A DNA stretch of 64,000 bases from Mobula hypostoma (Eukaryota), in assembly GCF_963921235.1 (NCBI RefSeq), contig NC_086109.1, forward strand, positions 26,910,001 through 26,974,000. The letters are read 5' to 3'. Each line of letters starts with the position of its first letter. Position 1 is the first letter of the stretch. The position numbers and the translations under genes were made by a program. Shown piece by piece: positions 24,701 through 37,585 of the stretch. The notes below the pieces were generated by a model that searched no databases, was not told where the DNA came from, and saw nothing but the letters and a program-made list of their open reading frames with translations.

Positions 24701-27666
24701 TTGTTCCCGATGTTGGGGAGGTCCAGAACGAGGGGTCACAGTTTGAGGATAGAGGGGAAGCCTTTTAGGACCGAGATTAGGAAAAACTTCTTCACACAGA
24801 GAGTGGTGAATCTGTGGAATTCTCTGCCACAGCAAACTGTTGAGGCCAGTTCATTGGCTATGTTTAAGAGCGAGTTAGATATGGCCCTTGTGGCTACAGG
24901 GGTCAGCGGGTATGGAGGGAAGGCTGGGTTCTGAGTTGGATGATCAGCCATGATCATAATAAATGGCGGTGCAGGCTCAAAGGGCCGAATGGCCTACTCC
25001 TGCACCTATTTTCTATGTTTCTATGTTTCTATGTTATCCCAGTAATATTTGGAGATTCTCGAATGGCAATTGCAAGAGGTTCTAATGCAATATCAAATAA
25101 TAAGGGACTAAGAGGACAACTTTGTCGAGTACCTCGAAAAAGAGGGGAAAAAAAGTGAACTTAAAGAGTTAGTACGGACCGAGGCCACAGGAGAATGATA
25201 TAACAGTTTAATCCAGGATATAAATTTCGAGCTAAAATTAAACATTTCAAGCACCTTAAATAAATAAGGCCATTCTACTCTATCAAAAACTTTCTCAGCA
25301 TCTAAAGAAATAACACACTCAGGAACATTTTGTGAGGGAGTATAAACGATATTTAACAGTGTGCGAATATTATAAAAAGAGTAACGACCTTTAATAAAAC
25401 CCGTTTGGTCTTCCGAAATAATAGAAGGAAGTACTTTTTCTAATCTATTTGCTAATAACTTAGAAAAAACTTTAGAATCAACATTTAATAAAGATATTGG
25501 TCTATAAGATGCACATTGAGCAGGATCTTTATCCTTCTTTAATATTAGAGAAATTGACGCTCTATTGAAAGATTCAGGAAGTTTACCAAGTTTTAATGAA
25601 GCCTTAAAAACCCTACAGAGCCAAGGGATTAATGAAGTAGCAAAACATTTATAAAATTCTACGGTAAACCCATCAGGGCCAGGAGCTTTTCCCAAATTCA
25701 TAGAGAAAATAACATTCTTAATCTCATCCATGGTAATGGGAGTATCTAACATAGAAGACATATCCTGTGAAATCTCAGGGAAGTCTAAATTATCTAAAAA
25801 ATCATTCATATATTTAGAATCTCGAGGAGACTCTGATTGATATAAGGAAGAGTAAAAATCACAGAAAGTTTGATTAATCCCCACATGATCAAGTATCAGT
25901 CGATCATTTTGGTTATAAATCTGATTAATTTGAGATTTAGCATAATTAGACTTCAGTTGATTAGCCAACAGTTTGCCAATTTTGTCACTGTGTACATAAA
26001 ATTCACTTCTTGTTTTCTTTAATTGGTTTACAATCGAGGATGAGAGTAATAAACTGTGTTCCATTTGAAGTTCAGTTCTTTGTTTATATAACTCCTCAGA
26101 AGGAGCTATAACATATTTCTTATCAATTTCCTTAATCTTGTCCACAATTACCAACTCCTCCTGCTTCAGCTTCTTCCTCAAAGCAGCAGAATACGAGATA
26201 ATCTGACCACGAATATAAGCTTTAAAAGTATCCCAAAGAATGTTGACAGAAATATCCTCTGTATAGTTAATTGTAAAAAAAAGATCAATCTGTTCATTCA
26301 TAAAGTTAACAAAGTCCGAGTCCTGAAGCAACAGCGAATTAAAACGCCATTGTCTATTATTTTGTATATTGGCCAGAATTTTACTGGAAAGCTTAAGTAG
26401 AGCATGATCCGAAATGGTTATAGAGTCATAATCACATTTAATCACTGAAGAAATAAGATGAGAATCAATAAAGAAATAATCAATTCTTGAATAGGAATGA
26501 TGAACATGTGAAAAAAAAGAAAAATCTTTTTCCTGAGGATGCAAAAAACGCCAAATGTCCGTCGACCCAGAATCAGAAAGGAATGAATTAATCAAAGTTG
26601 CAGATTTATTAGGTAAGGTCCGTAGAGGAGCCGAATGGTCCAAAGCTGGAGACAAGCAGGTATTAAGATCTCCGCCCCAGATCAATGAAAACTCATTCAA
26701 ATTCGGAAACTGATTAAATAATGATTTATAAAATTCCGGACAGTCCATATTAGGAGCATAAACATTAACCAAAACTACTTTTTTATTAAATAGTAAACCA
26801 CTAACCAATAGAAATCTACCATTCGGATCAGAAATAATATCATGTTGTATAAAAGTAACTGAGGAGTCTATAAAAATAGAGACGCCTCGAATCTTAGCAT
26901 TGGAGTTCAAATGAAACTGTTGTTCCTTCCAGAATTAAAAAAAAACGTAGTCTGTCCCCCCTCCGCACATGGGTCTCTTGTAAAAATAAAATTTGTGCTC
27001 TAAGTCTCCGGAACACTTTAAAAACTTTTTTCCTTTTAATAGGATGATTAAGACCATTAGTATTCCAGGAGACGAAATTAATAATAGACTCCATAAACCC
27101 TAAAGTCAACCTGCAACAAGGAGGATTGACGATAGGCTCGACCCACGAACCCAGAAAGGGAACAGAACATACAAGAGATACCGGGAAGAAGAACGCAACC
27201 AATACTTCAATAATGTATATAGCCCAAGAAGAAAGAAACTAAAACGTGAAGCCCCTTCCACCACCCCCCACCCCATGACCCCAAGGCTCAATCTAACGCA
27301 GACCAGCCCGAAAGAAGCAAGCGCTAAAACTACCCCCATGACTTCCGGTATACGCTCCCTAAAATAAAGTGTAAATATAAAAAAAGATCAGCTGATTATA
27401 AAACAGTAAAAGGATAAAAAAAGATAACTCAATTAAAATAAACACATAACAGAATAAAAGCCAGAAAATATAAAAAAAACGCAATAAACCCCAGACCCAT
27501 GAGTAAACAAAACAACAAAAAAAATGAGATTATTAACATAAACTAGTTATAAAAACCTACAAAACAAAATAGATTTAAAAAAAAAACTACAAAATTTAAG
27601 GCCACAAAGGAAATACGTAAAATGACGATGAGGAAGTAACCACCCAGAATCCCCTGGGAAAAAGAA
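21718..27666 (-). mobile_element. L1-clade LINE, 5'-truncated: full-span ORF2 (APE, RT, CCHC) at 27094-22067, poly(A) and 14-bp TSD; interrupted by a CR1
   Basis: MESIINFVSWNTNGLN..FLQETH, KAPGPDG, SLDAEKVFDRVEW, LYADD, CDRC..HMFWSC; AATAAA on minus at 21737-21742; T-tract from 21717; TSD ggtctctacctcct at 21704-21717 and 27667-27680. Confidence 0.95.
23787..25032 (+). mobile_element. 5'-truncated CR1 LINE inserted into the L1 RT domain
   Basis: ORFs with DVVYLDFQKAFDKVPH..KFADDTK..LVRPHLEYCVQFWSP; tail (tttctatg)3; removing it restores L1 NITGITRGLKSHKISLYADD. Confidence 0.95.
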
Positions 27667-28717
27667 GGTCTCTACCTCCTAATGGCTCCTTTACTTCAAG
27701 ATCACTTATCAAATCCTGTTCATTGCACAACACTAAATCCAGAATAGCCTTATCCTTGGTCGGCTCTCGTACAAGCTGCTCCAAAAATGCATCCCGTAGG
27801 CACACTACAAACTCCCTATCCTGGGGTCCAGTACCAACCTGATCTTCCCAGTTCACCTGCATGTTGACATCCCCCATAACTACTGGGACATTGCCTTTGC
27901 CACATGCCATTGTTAACTCCCTATTCAACTTGCACCCAATATCCATGCTACTGTTTGGGGGCCTGTAGATAACACCTATTAGGGTCTTTTTGTCCTTACT
28001 GTTCCTCAGTTCTATCCACACTGACTCTACTTCTCCTGATTCTATGTCCCCCCCTTGCAAGGGACTGAATCTCATTTTTCACCAACAGGGTCACCCCACC
28101 CCCTCTGCCCACCTTTCTGTCCCTTCGATAGCACGTATACCCCTGTACATTCAATTCCCAGGTCTGATCCCCCTGCAGCCATCTCTCAGTTATCCCAACA
28201 ACATCATATTTACCCATTCGCACCTGAGCTTCAAGCTCATCCGCCTTATTTCTGACACTTCGTGCATTCAGATATAGAATTCTTAACCCATTTCTCCTCT
28301 CTCTGCTTAAATCGCTACCTATTGTGCATAACCCAGCTCCCCGAACTCTCACTGGGCTATACGCCCCTTGAATTTTGTTCTCTTTCTTAAATTCACTTAC
28401 TCTTTCTGCACATTTAACTCCATGCTCCGTCAGACCATCCCTCTGCACATGTATCCTCCTTATCACTCGTTCCGCCTCACCTTTTTCTACTTCACACTTA
28501 ATATTCCGGAACCGTGTGGTCCCCACCTGTCCTTTATACTTCATCTTGCTATCCTCTCTCACATTCTGGATCCCTGCCCCCTGCAAATTTAGTTTACCCC
28601 CCCCCCCCAAGCAGCACTAGCAAACTTTCCTGCAAGAATGTTAGTACTCCTCCAGTTCAGGTGTAAACCGTCCCATCGGAACAGATCCCACCTTCCCTGA
28701 AACAAAGCCCAATTATC
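27667..28717 (-). mobile_element. CR1 LINE, 5' part (APE endonuclease and end of ORF1 esterase) of the element at 19437-21717
   Basis: LRILYLNARSVRNK..VGITERWL, GVIYRPPNS, VMGDVN, ILDLVLCNE; ORF1 end WDGLHLNWRSTNILAGKF. Confidence 0.92.
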
Positions 28718-29214
28718 TAGGCTTTTCCAATCAAGGGCTTTGACTTTAAATTGCCAGTGGACATACTGAACATTGACCATTCAAATAGAAATCTAGTCTT
28801 GAATTTCCTTGCCCCACATGCAACTTCTCTGTGAAGACAAATTGCAAAGGAAGCATCACCTGAAACAAGGTGTCAGAATCAGGGCAATAATGCAGAGGCA
28901 AGATTAGTGCATTGTTTTTGTTCTGGCTAGATTTATATATTCACTGCATTCTCTTTGGAAGGGGTGTTATTTATTCATAAATTAATAGAGAAAGATGTAA
29001 CAGCAGCCGAGCCTATATTGCTCATCTGAAACAAACTACTATTTCGCTTTCCCTCCTTATATCCAACAGACATTAAAGTAAAATTTGTTGTTTTGACATA
29101 ATGTGGTTTCAGGGAAATCTTGTGGGAAAGTCTGGGAGAGATGCTAAGTTCTTCAGTTTTTCCCATTTTATGTGATGCTAATGTGTCACATTAGTACTGT
29201 CCCTGGTTGCTGTA

Positions 29215-31070
29215 TTGGTGAAAAATCATCAATTTTGCCTCCATCTTCCACCCTGCTGTTAAATTCACTTGGGCCATATCTGCCACCTTCCTCCCCTTTC
29301 TCAATCTCTCTGTTTCTATCTCTGGAGACAACTGTCTACTGACACCTTTTATAAACCTACCGATTCTCATGGCTATCTTGACTATATCTCTTCCCACCCT
29401 GTCTCCTGTAAAAATGCTATTCCCTTTTCTCAGTTCCTTCATCTCTGCCGCATCTGTTCCCAGGACGCAGCTTTCCTTTCCAGAACAACAAATATGTTCT
29501 CTTTCTTCAAAGAATGAGGTTTCTCTTCCTCCACTATTGATACTGTCCTCACCTGCATCTCCTCCATTTCCCAGACATCCAAGCTCACCCTATCTTCTGG
29601 CCGCTTTAACAGAGAGAGAGTTCCTCTTGTCCTCACCTAGCACCCATGAGCCTCTGCATTCAATACATCATTCTCTATGACTTCCACTATCTTCAATGGG
29701 ATCCTACCATCAAACATATCATTATCTCCCCCCCCCACTCTCTGCTTTTCGCAGGGATTGTTCCCTCCATAATTCCCTTGTCCAATCGTTCCTCCCCAAT
29801 AATCTCCCTCCTGGCACATACACCTGCAGATGACCAATATGCTGTACCTACCCATTTACTTCCTTCCTTACTCTGTTCAGGGCCTTAAAAGGTCCTTCCA
29901 GGTGAGGCAACACTTCTCCTGTGAATCTGTTGAGGTTGTCTATTGCATCCAATGCTCCTGATGCGGCCTCCTCCTCACGGGTGAAACCCAATGTAAATTG
30001 GGGGACAGCTTGGTCGAGAACCTCCATTCCATCTGCCAAGAACAGAATTTCCTGGTGGCCAACCATTTTAATTCCTATCCCTATTCCTATTCTGATATGT
30101 TGGTCCACGGCCTCCTCTTTTGCCATGATGAGGCCACTCTCAGGGTGGAGGAGGAACACCTCATATTCCTTCTGGATTGCCTTCAACCTGATGGCATGAA
30201 CACTGTTTTCTCCTTCCAGTAAAAATTTTCCTTTCCCTTCTGCTTCTATTCCCTGCTCTGGCCTCTTGCCTCTTCTCCTCACCTGCCTATCACCTCACCT
30301 TGGTACACTTCCTTCTTCCCTTTCTCCTATCTTCCCATCCTCCTCTCCTACCAGCCCAACTGGTTTCACCTATCACCTTCTAGCAATCTTCCTTACCCTC
30401 CCTCCCCGACCCTTTTAGTCTGCCATCTTCCCAATGCAGCCTCCTCTACATTGGTGAGACCCATTGTAAATTGGGGGACCGCTTCATCGAGCACCTTCAT
30501 TCCATGTGCCAAAAACAGAACTTCCCGGTGACCAAACATTTTAATTCCAATTCCCATTCTCATAGCATGTCAGCCCATGGCTTCCTCTTGCACCATGATG
30601 AGACCACCCTGAAGATGGAGGAACAACATCTTATATTCTCCCTGGATAGCCTCCAACCTAATGGCATGAATATCACTTTCTTCTTCCAGTAAAAAAAAAT
30701 CCCTCGCCCTCCTCTCTTGTTCTATTCTCCACTCTGTCCTCACTTGCCTATCACCACCTCCTGGGTCCCCTCCTCCTTCCCTTTCTCCTATGGCCCACCT
30801 TCCTCTCCTATCAGATTTTTTTTCACTCCAGCCCTTTACCTTTCCTACCCACTTGGTTTCACCTATCACCTTCCAGCTATCCTCCTCCTCCTCCTCCCTC
30901 TATCTTTTTATTCTGGCATCTTCCTCCTTCCTTTCCCGTCTTGAAGATAGATCTTGGCCCAAAACATCGACTATTTATTCATTTCCGTAGATGCTGCCTG
31001 ACCTGCTGAGTTCCTCCAGCATATTGTGTGTGTTGCTCTGGATTTCCAACATCTGCAGAATCTCTTGTGT
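29215..31070 (+). mobile_element. Penelope-like element: RT C-terminus and GIY-YIG, with partial tandem duplication and tail
   Basis: STDTFYKPTDSHGYLDYISSHPVSCKNAIPFSQF..RICS; VYCIQC..C...GET; LQPDGMN occurs twice (about 30180 and 30650); tail gatgctgcctgacctgctgagttcctccagca. Confidence 0.88.
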
Positions 31071-31098
31071 TGCTGACAACTCATTGTGTTTCCTTTAG

Positions 31099-31199
31099 GG
31101 AAGAAGCTACCTTGAATAATAGTAGTTCAAGTCAAGCTCAACTTGCTCTCACTGACCATCCCACTTCATTATTCCATGAGATTAAGGCAAACCCAGATG
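31099..31199 (+). CDS. CELSR2: CELSR2 exon: cytoplasmic tail (REEATLNNSSSSQAQLALTDHPTSLFHEIKANPD)
   Basis: tttag|GGAAG, GATG|gtaaga, 101 nt, phase 2-1. Confidence 0.9.
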
Positions 31200-32201
31200 G
31201 TAAGAGATCAATATTTTTTGTTACTGTGTATCCTTCACCAGACAGCTTCAGAACTTTACCTCAAAAAATCTGCAAATTCTCTGAGGTAATTTAGTAATCT
31301 ACCAATTATTTCAGAGCTTATTAAAAAGAGAATTGAAATTAAACATTAAACCACAAGGATCATTAATAACAAGCTGGTTAATGATTGCATGCTGTTTCTT
31401 TAAGAAAGTCTGTTTTGAACTGGAATATAATTGGAAATGAGATCATATTTTGAAAATTTCAAATATTTTTAGGGAAAAGATTAAATAGAAATAATTTATA
31501 TTGTTTAGCTTCATGAAACTTGAAGTGCTGATAGGACTATAGATTCTGATCATTATTTGCTCTGCATATGAATAGTATTTTCTGAGAGGGAAGAAAAGAT
31601 CAACACCCTTCCTATTTCTCTTTGGTCAACCAGGCAAGTAATTACTTAAGTGGTCTTTATTGACTGAGAAGCAATTGGAATGGAATATTGGCTTGCTTTT
31701 CGCTATTAGTAGCAGTGGATATTTCTACGTTCTGAATAACAAATGCTTGAAGGAAAATTAAGGGAAAGATAAATAGATAGGCTATTCAGGACATTATATA
31801 TTTACTCAGTCCATATCTGAAGAGTGAATGGATACATCCTCAATGGGAGGAATTACATTTATTTTTCTTTTCAAACAAGGGGATAATCCCCATTATTTTT
31901 CAACTTCACTTACATGAGATTCAGAACTTGTCTTACTTGATTCTAATTTCTCATATAGCAAAAAAATTAATGCACAAAAATTGGTGGAGAGTTTAATATA
32001 TGCTTCATGCATGTTATCAGTGAAGTGGAATTTCATACTAGTAGAAACATAATCTCAGTTTTGGAACTGTCTAATAATTTATATGAACTGATAGAGACAT
32101 TCCGTTGAACTATCCTATAATAACGTAGCCTTCCATTGAAAATGGCTTTTGGATTTACTGTATGATAGATGTTGAGGCTGTTGTTTATTTCTTCATAACA
32201 G

Positions 32202-32375
32202 AACATGATTCAGACTCGGACAGTGACCTTTCTCTGGAAGATGATCAAAGTGGATCTTATGCTTCCACTCATTCTTCTGATAGTGAAGAAGATGAAGAGT
32301 ATCAGGGCGAGCCAGGCTGGGAGAATATTATATCGCAAAATAATGAAAAACATCCTAATCACAGCACTCCAAAAG
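32202..32375 (+). CDS. CELSR2: CELSR2 exon: acidic Ser/Glu/Asp region (EHDSDSDSDLSLEDDQSGSYASTHSSDSEEDEE...HSTPK)
   Basis: aacag|AACAT, AAAG|gtgact, 174 nt, phase 1-1; DLSLEDDQSGSYASTHSSDSE matches CELSR2 as recalled. Confidence 0.95.
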
Positions 32376-33534
32376 GTGACTATGAAGTCATACAGATTGC
32401 CTTTTTACATTGTATTGTTGAGAACGTTAACGGTAATCCCAGTTTCTACTTCATTCCAATGAACTTAAGCAGAGTCAGATATCAACAAATAAAATCCTTT
32501 TAGTGCTATGCTTTTTATAACTAAAGGAATAAATAATATAAACATTGATTGTCACAAAGTAATAGAGCATAGAAACAGGACCTTCAGCCCATCTAGTCCA
32601 TGTCAACTACAACACCCTCCTTGCTTGTCATAAATTCATATTTGAATTTATGAAACTTAATTCCTGAACTTACCTGGTTTCTCATATTAATATCAGTGAT
32701 GTGTTCTGTTTTTAATACCTTTATTGACGAGAGAGCTACATTTTCAGAGAGGTGTGTGTGTCAACAGTGATTGTTTGGAGACTTTTTATTCACAATGTTT
32801 GCAAACTTTTAATAACTAATTTCAATAATGCACTAGTCTATCCATGAATTACTTAGTCATGTTAATGGTATCAACAATGCTCTAATCTATCAATATATTG
32901 TTCGTTCGTTACATGCCATGTCATATGATGTGGGTGATCATGGTCTTTCCATGCCCATAGTTACTCTTGGCAAATTTTTCTGCAGAAGTGGTTTGCCATT
33001 GCCACCTTCTGGGTAGTGTCTTTACAAGATGGGTGACCCCAGCCATTATCAATACTCTTCAGAGATTGTCTGCGTGAACCTGATCAGGGGGCTAAGCAGG
33101 TGCTACACCTTGCCCAAAGGTGACCTGCAGGCTAGTGGAGGGAAGCAGCGCTTTACTCCTCTTTTGATAGGGACGAACTTCCACCCCACCACCCATATCA
33201 ATAGCTACCTGATAATACTGGCCATGCAAAAGTGCGTTAGTCTTCCAACAGACTACTTCTGATCTTGAGAAAAAAACATAACTAGGTTGTAATTTGTTGA
33301 TATAAACACTCACATGGCACCCAAAATTGATTATAAATATTTTGAAATTAGCACCTTAGTTGAAAACTTCAACTACCCCAACATTAAAACACTTCAATAA
33401 ATTTAAATATTTGGAAAACCTTCCTATATTTAGCACTTTCAGGGTTAATATCTATTATGTATTTACCTTCATATCAAGAAGATTCAGTTATTATCATTTT
33501 CAGTTTTCAAACAAACTTCAATCTATTTTTCTAG

Positions 33535-33771
33535 TGGAAAACATATCTTCTCATGTTACACCTTATTGGCCTGGGGAGTTTATGACAACAGCCAGTGAAA
33601 GTGAGGATCATGGTGGATCGGGGAACCTGAAAGTTGAAACAGTCGCAAACATCGAGCTTCACCGAGAGAAGTTCAACCATGTAGATGAAAGACCAAAGGA
33701 GAATGGAGACAATCTGTACAAAGAAAATGTATTGACGTCATTGCCTAACCCTAATGCACAGCCTCAGAAAG
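33535..33771 (+). CDS. CELSR2: CELSR2 exon: cytoplasmic tail (VENISSHVTPYWPGEFMTT...ENGD...AQPQK)
   Basis: tctag|TGGAA, AAAG|gtaatt, 237 nt, phase 1-1. Confidence 0.92.
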
Positions 33772-34149
33772 GTAATTGTTGATCAAAGTCATTTCACCTA
33801 TGCGTATGTTCTTTGTATAATGAGGTTGTATAGAATTCATTGTGTAATTCACAGAGGTGCAATTACTCAGAGAAATTGACACAGGTTTTTGAGTTTGCAT
33901 AAAGGCATAATACTCTGCAGTCGTTACACTGAAAGCTGTCCATTCAGCTTTTGAGAAAAGACTTGTCTGATTCAATGTAGTATCTTCTACTGGGAGTGTA
34001 TGCTGTGTTTGACCAGAAGGAGTAATTAAATCAAGGAATCATCACTTAAACTTACAAGCCTAGATGTTGCATTGAGAAAGGCCAGTTATTGGGGATTGTC
34101 ATGCTCTAATTTCAGCTTGACCCAGTATAGATTGTTAGAAGGGGTCATA

Positions 34150-34500
34150 AACAAGCGAAAGTCTGCAGATACTGGAAATCCAAAGCAGCACACACAAAAT
34201 GCTGGCAAAACTCAGGCAGCATTCATGGAAACGTATAGATAGTCGATGTTTTGGGCCAGGGCCCTTCTTTCTTAAGGACTGAATAAAAAGGTGGTGGGGT
34301 GGGGAAAGAGGCTAGCTGGAAGGTGACAGGTAAAGCCAGGTGGGTGGGAAAGGTCAAGGGCTGGAGAAGAAGGAATTAGATAGGAGAGGAGAGTTCACCA
34401 TAGGAGAAAAGGATGGAGGATGGGACCTAGGGGGAAGTAATAGGCAGGTGAGAAGAAGCAAAAGCTCAGGTGAGGGTTAGAAAATAGGGGCAGGGGGAAA
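34150..34500 (-). mobile_element. Penelope-like element tail fragment
   Basis: tctgcagatactggaaatccaaagcagcacacacaaaatgctgg and hammerhead remnant agtcgatgttttgggccagggccctt. Confidence 0.75.
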
Positions 34501-35631
34501 TCGCCTTCTGGTGAAATGAACTGCAAAACTGGACTAGGTGCCTAGGAGCTATTCATGTCAGTATGTGTGATGTTTTTCCTGTCTCATGCACTTCCTAACT
34601 AATATTATTCATGTACTGCTTATTCTACACTTGCTGACATAAATGGAGTTAAAAATTCCAACCCAGACAGTTGCTTTATTTTGTAATTTGAGTGAATGCT
34701 GCTGACACTGGCAGACCTGTCTGGTCTGCTTTAAAACTCACTACAGGCTGCTCAAGCCTTTTCCAAGATTCACAGAATTGCTACAACTCACACCGAGTGT
34801 TCTTCCCAGCCTTTAGCCAACGAGGCCTTTCTTTAATCTGCGCCTCGGTCGTGCAACTGCTGTCAGTACCTCATGATGAAGCATTACTGTAGCCACACAG
34901 AAACCCCTCCGATCAACAATATTGATGCAGCTCATGCTTCCCAAGGCTGTCGTTGAGAGATTCTGTTAGAAGTCATTTGGCCTTAATTTCCTGGCTCAAT
35001 TACTCTATCCATGGAGGTTTTAAGTCTAATTGACCCAGAACTTCCTCACTGTGGGATCGTTCTAAACAGCCACAGCAGATCCCTGCCATGTCTCCCAATC
35101 AGCTTGCACATCATTGTGTCAGAGTGCTGTGTCTGCAAGGAAATAATTTAATTAATTTTGAGTTTGGTGAAGATGAAACCTCACGCACAAGAATACAAAC
35201 AGCCATTTGTTATAATTGATCCCTTAATAGCTCTGCATAATAATGCGGACCTTCCAGTTTCTAGGAGGTATATTCGAGACACTGAACTGGGGTTATAGAA
35301 GTCTTCATTCATCACAACAAACAGGCATTCTTCTGGAGACTCTCTCGCTAGAGTCTCACATATTTAAAAGTACATCATATTTTTATACCCTTAAGATCAA
35401 TGGTAACAGCACGTGATTCAGTAGAATTTCAATAGTTAGTCTGGTCTGCAAGCCTCCTTGAACTTGTTTACAATGGTGCAAATTACTTAAACCCATAGAT
35501 GCCTGGACTGAAGCAGGCCAATTAACATAACCCATTGTCTTAACGCTTGGCTGATGCACATGCGATGGTCTCATGGTTATTGTTTTGCAAACCATATCTC
35601 TTAGTCTGTGCTCCAGAGGCAGTACTGTTAA

Positions 35632-36547
35632 CAGTCTGCCCTCCTTATCCGTGAGTTCCGCATGCACGAATTCAACCAACTGCGAATCGAGAAAACCCGG
35701 AAGTGCTCTTCCAGCACTTGTTGCTGAAGCATGTACAGACTTTTTTTCTTGTCATTATTCCCTAAACAATGCAGTATAACAACTATTTACATAGCATTTA
35801 CATTGCATTAGGTATTATAAATAATCTAGAGATGTTTTAAAGTATACGGGAGGATGTGCGTAGGTTATCATGGATCGGGATTGAAAAAAAACAGAAGTTC
35901 TCTTACTAAGTAAGTCGGAACAGGTACATCCGATATCATTTAGCGTCAGTTAGTCAAATGTTTGTCTTAGCATGTAGTATCTATTTTACTTTTCTATGCA
36001 TGTAAAACACTTAAGAAACGTATGTTTCAGTGCCGGGCTCGGGAACAGTTCCCGAGTTCGATCCAATGACAGAGCGCTCCCGAGCGCACTCCATCCCTGT
36101 CAGGTTGATGTGGAGGATCAAAAACCCAAAGCCCCAAAACCCAATAATTAAACCACTGCGTTGCTTAGTAATAATTGTAGCTTTCATCGGGGCAGGGCCT
36201 TTCTCACTTTATCCTTTGAAATTATTCCAATCGTTGACCGACTGTAGCCTAACGCTTTTCCAATGACCGATGGCGTTTCACCTCTTTCTGATTGCTTTAT
36301 TATTTCCACTTTATTTTCAATCGTGATCGTGATTATTTTTGTGAACAGAAACACTGTGGATTCAGAGCTCCACCGCCGGGTCCTAATGTCCACCTCACTG
36401 AGACAGGTTAATTAAGGTCCAGGGTTCCGCTGGGTCCTAAAGTCCACCGCATTGAGACAGGTTGAATAAGGGACTTGAGCATCCACGTTTTTTGGTATCC
36501 GCGAGGGGTCCCGGAACCATTCCCTCGTGGATAATGAGGGCCGACTG
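35632..36547 (-). mobile_element. Non-autonomous pogo/Tigger DNA transposon with residual CENP-B-type HTH
   Basis: TIRs CAGTCTGCCCTCCTTATCC / GGATAATGAGGGCCGACTG, followed by TA; minus ORF ITIENKVEIIKQSERGETPSVIGKALGYSRSTIGII. Confidence 0.85.
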
Positions 36548-37585
36548 TACTTGCAAAGGTGTACTTTTAGTTTCCATCTACTGCTTGTATTTTATAATTT
36601 ATATTAAGAATTGAAGACTGATTCTTGTTTATTAATATCTGCTATATTCCCATAGTTCCAGAATACTCTCTAACATCTTCATTCTAGGGAAGACAGCACT
36701 GCTGGCCTTTTTTAGAATTGCCTAGAGAATGTATTCTGGGGGATAGTGGTTATCTGTTTTGCTGACTCTTCACACTAGTGAACTCTCTGGAGATAAGCAC
36801 AGATACAAAGACAGCTGTGAAAGTACCACCCTAGCAATGGATAATGCCACTGGTCTCCTTGTGCTGCCTGCATTAGTGTGGGCTGCCCTCTAATACAAGC
36901 TGAGCACATGCAGAGACTTCACCCTCATGTACTGCCTGCAGGTGCTGCCAGAGAAAGAGTAGCCAGGAGCCCTAAAGCCCAAGGCACTGCCTGAAGAATA
37001 GCAGTGAGTGAGAAGACAAAGGTGTTCAGCATTTGTAGACTTTCCTCTGCTGATCTGGGAGATGTCAGGAATTGGGCAGCCAAGATCTAAACGAGTCTCA
37101 AATAGATAATTTTTATACAGAGCCTTCAAAGTAAAAAGAATCCCACTGTGGACCAAGTGAGCCTGTCCCCACTCCAATCTATAACACCAATGGTGTATAT
37201 TGTAGAACTTTGCAAGGTTTCTGAGAGGCCGAATGTGAATTCTGACATGCCTCGATCAAATTTCCTGATGCTTTTAATTGCAAGAGAAAGAACAAATCAT
37301 GTTTCTTGAGCCTCTGATACTGTTCCACAATGTTCATCGCCTGGAGCTTTTAATGCTGGTTTGGGTGAGATGGATGTTATGAAATTTTTTCCCCTCTCTC
37401 CTCTAATACTTCTGCTAATTACTTGAAGTGGTGTTAAGTGCTTTGTAATCAAGTACTGTTCCATCATTAATCTGGCTTATTGCAGTCACCTCTATTACAA
37501 GAATATTGATATTTAGACATTTGGAAAATAAGTCAATATTTGCAATCAATTACTGAATGTTTTTGTCTTCCATTGAAACACACAG

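Noticed and set aside
32900..33170. Possible RTE-related SINE (cagaagtggtttgccattgcc); similar doubt for 51970-52155
   Set aside because: Looks repetitive, but there is no second copy, TSD or ORF in the window to support a family call.
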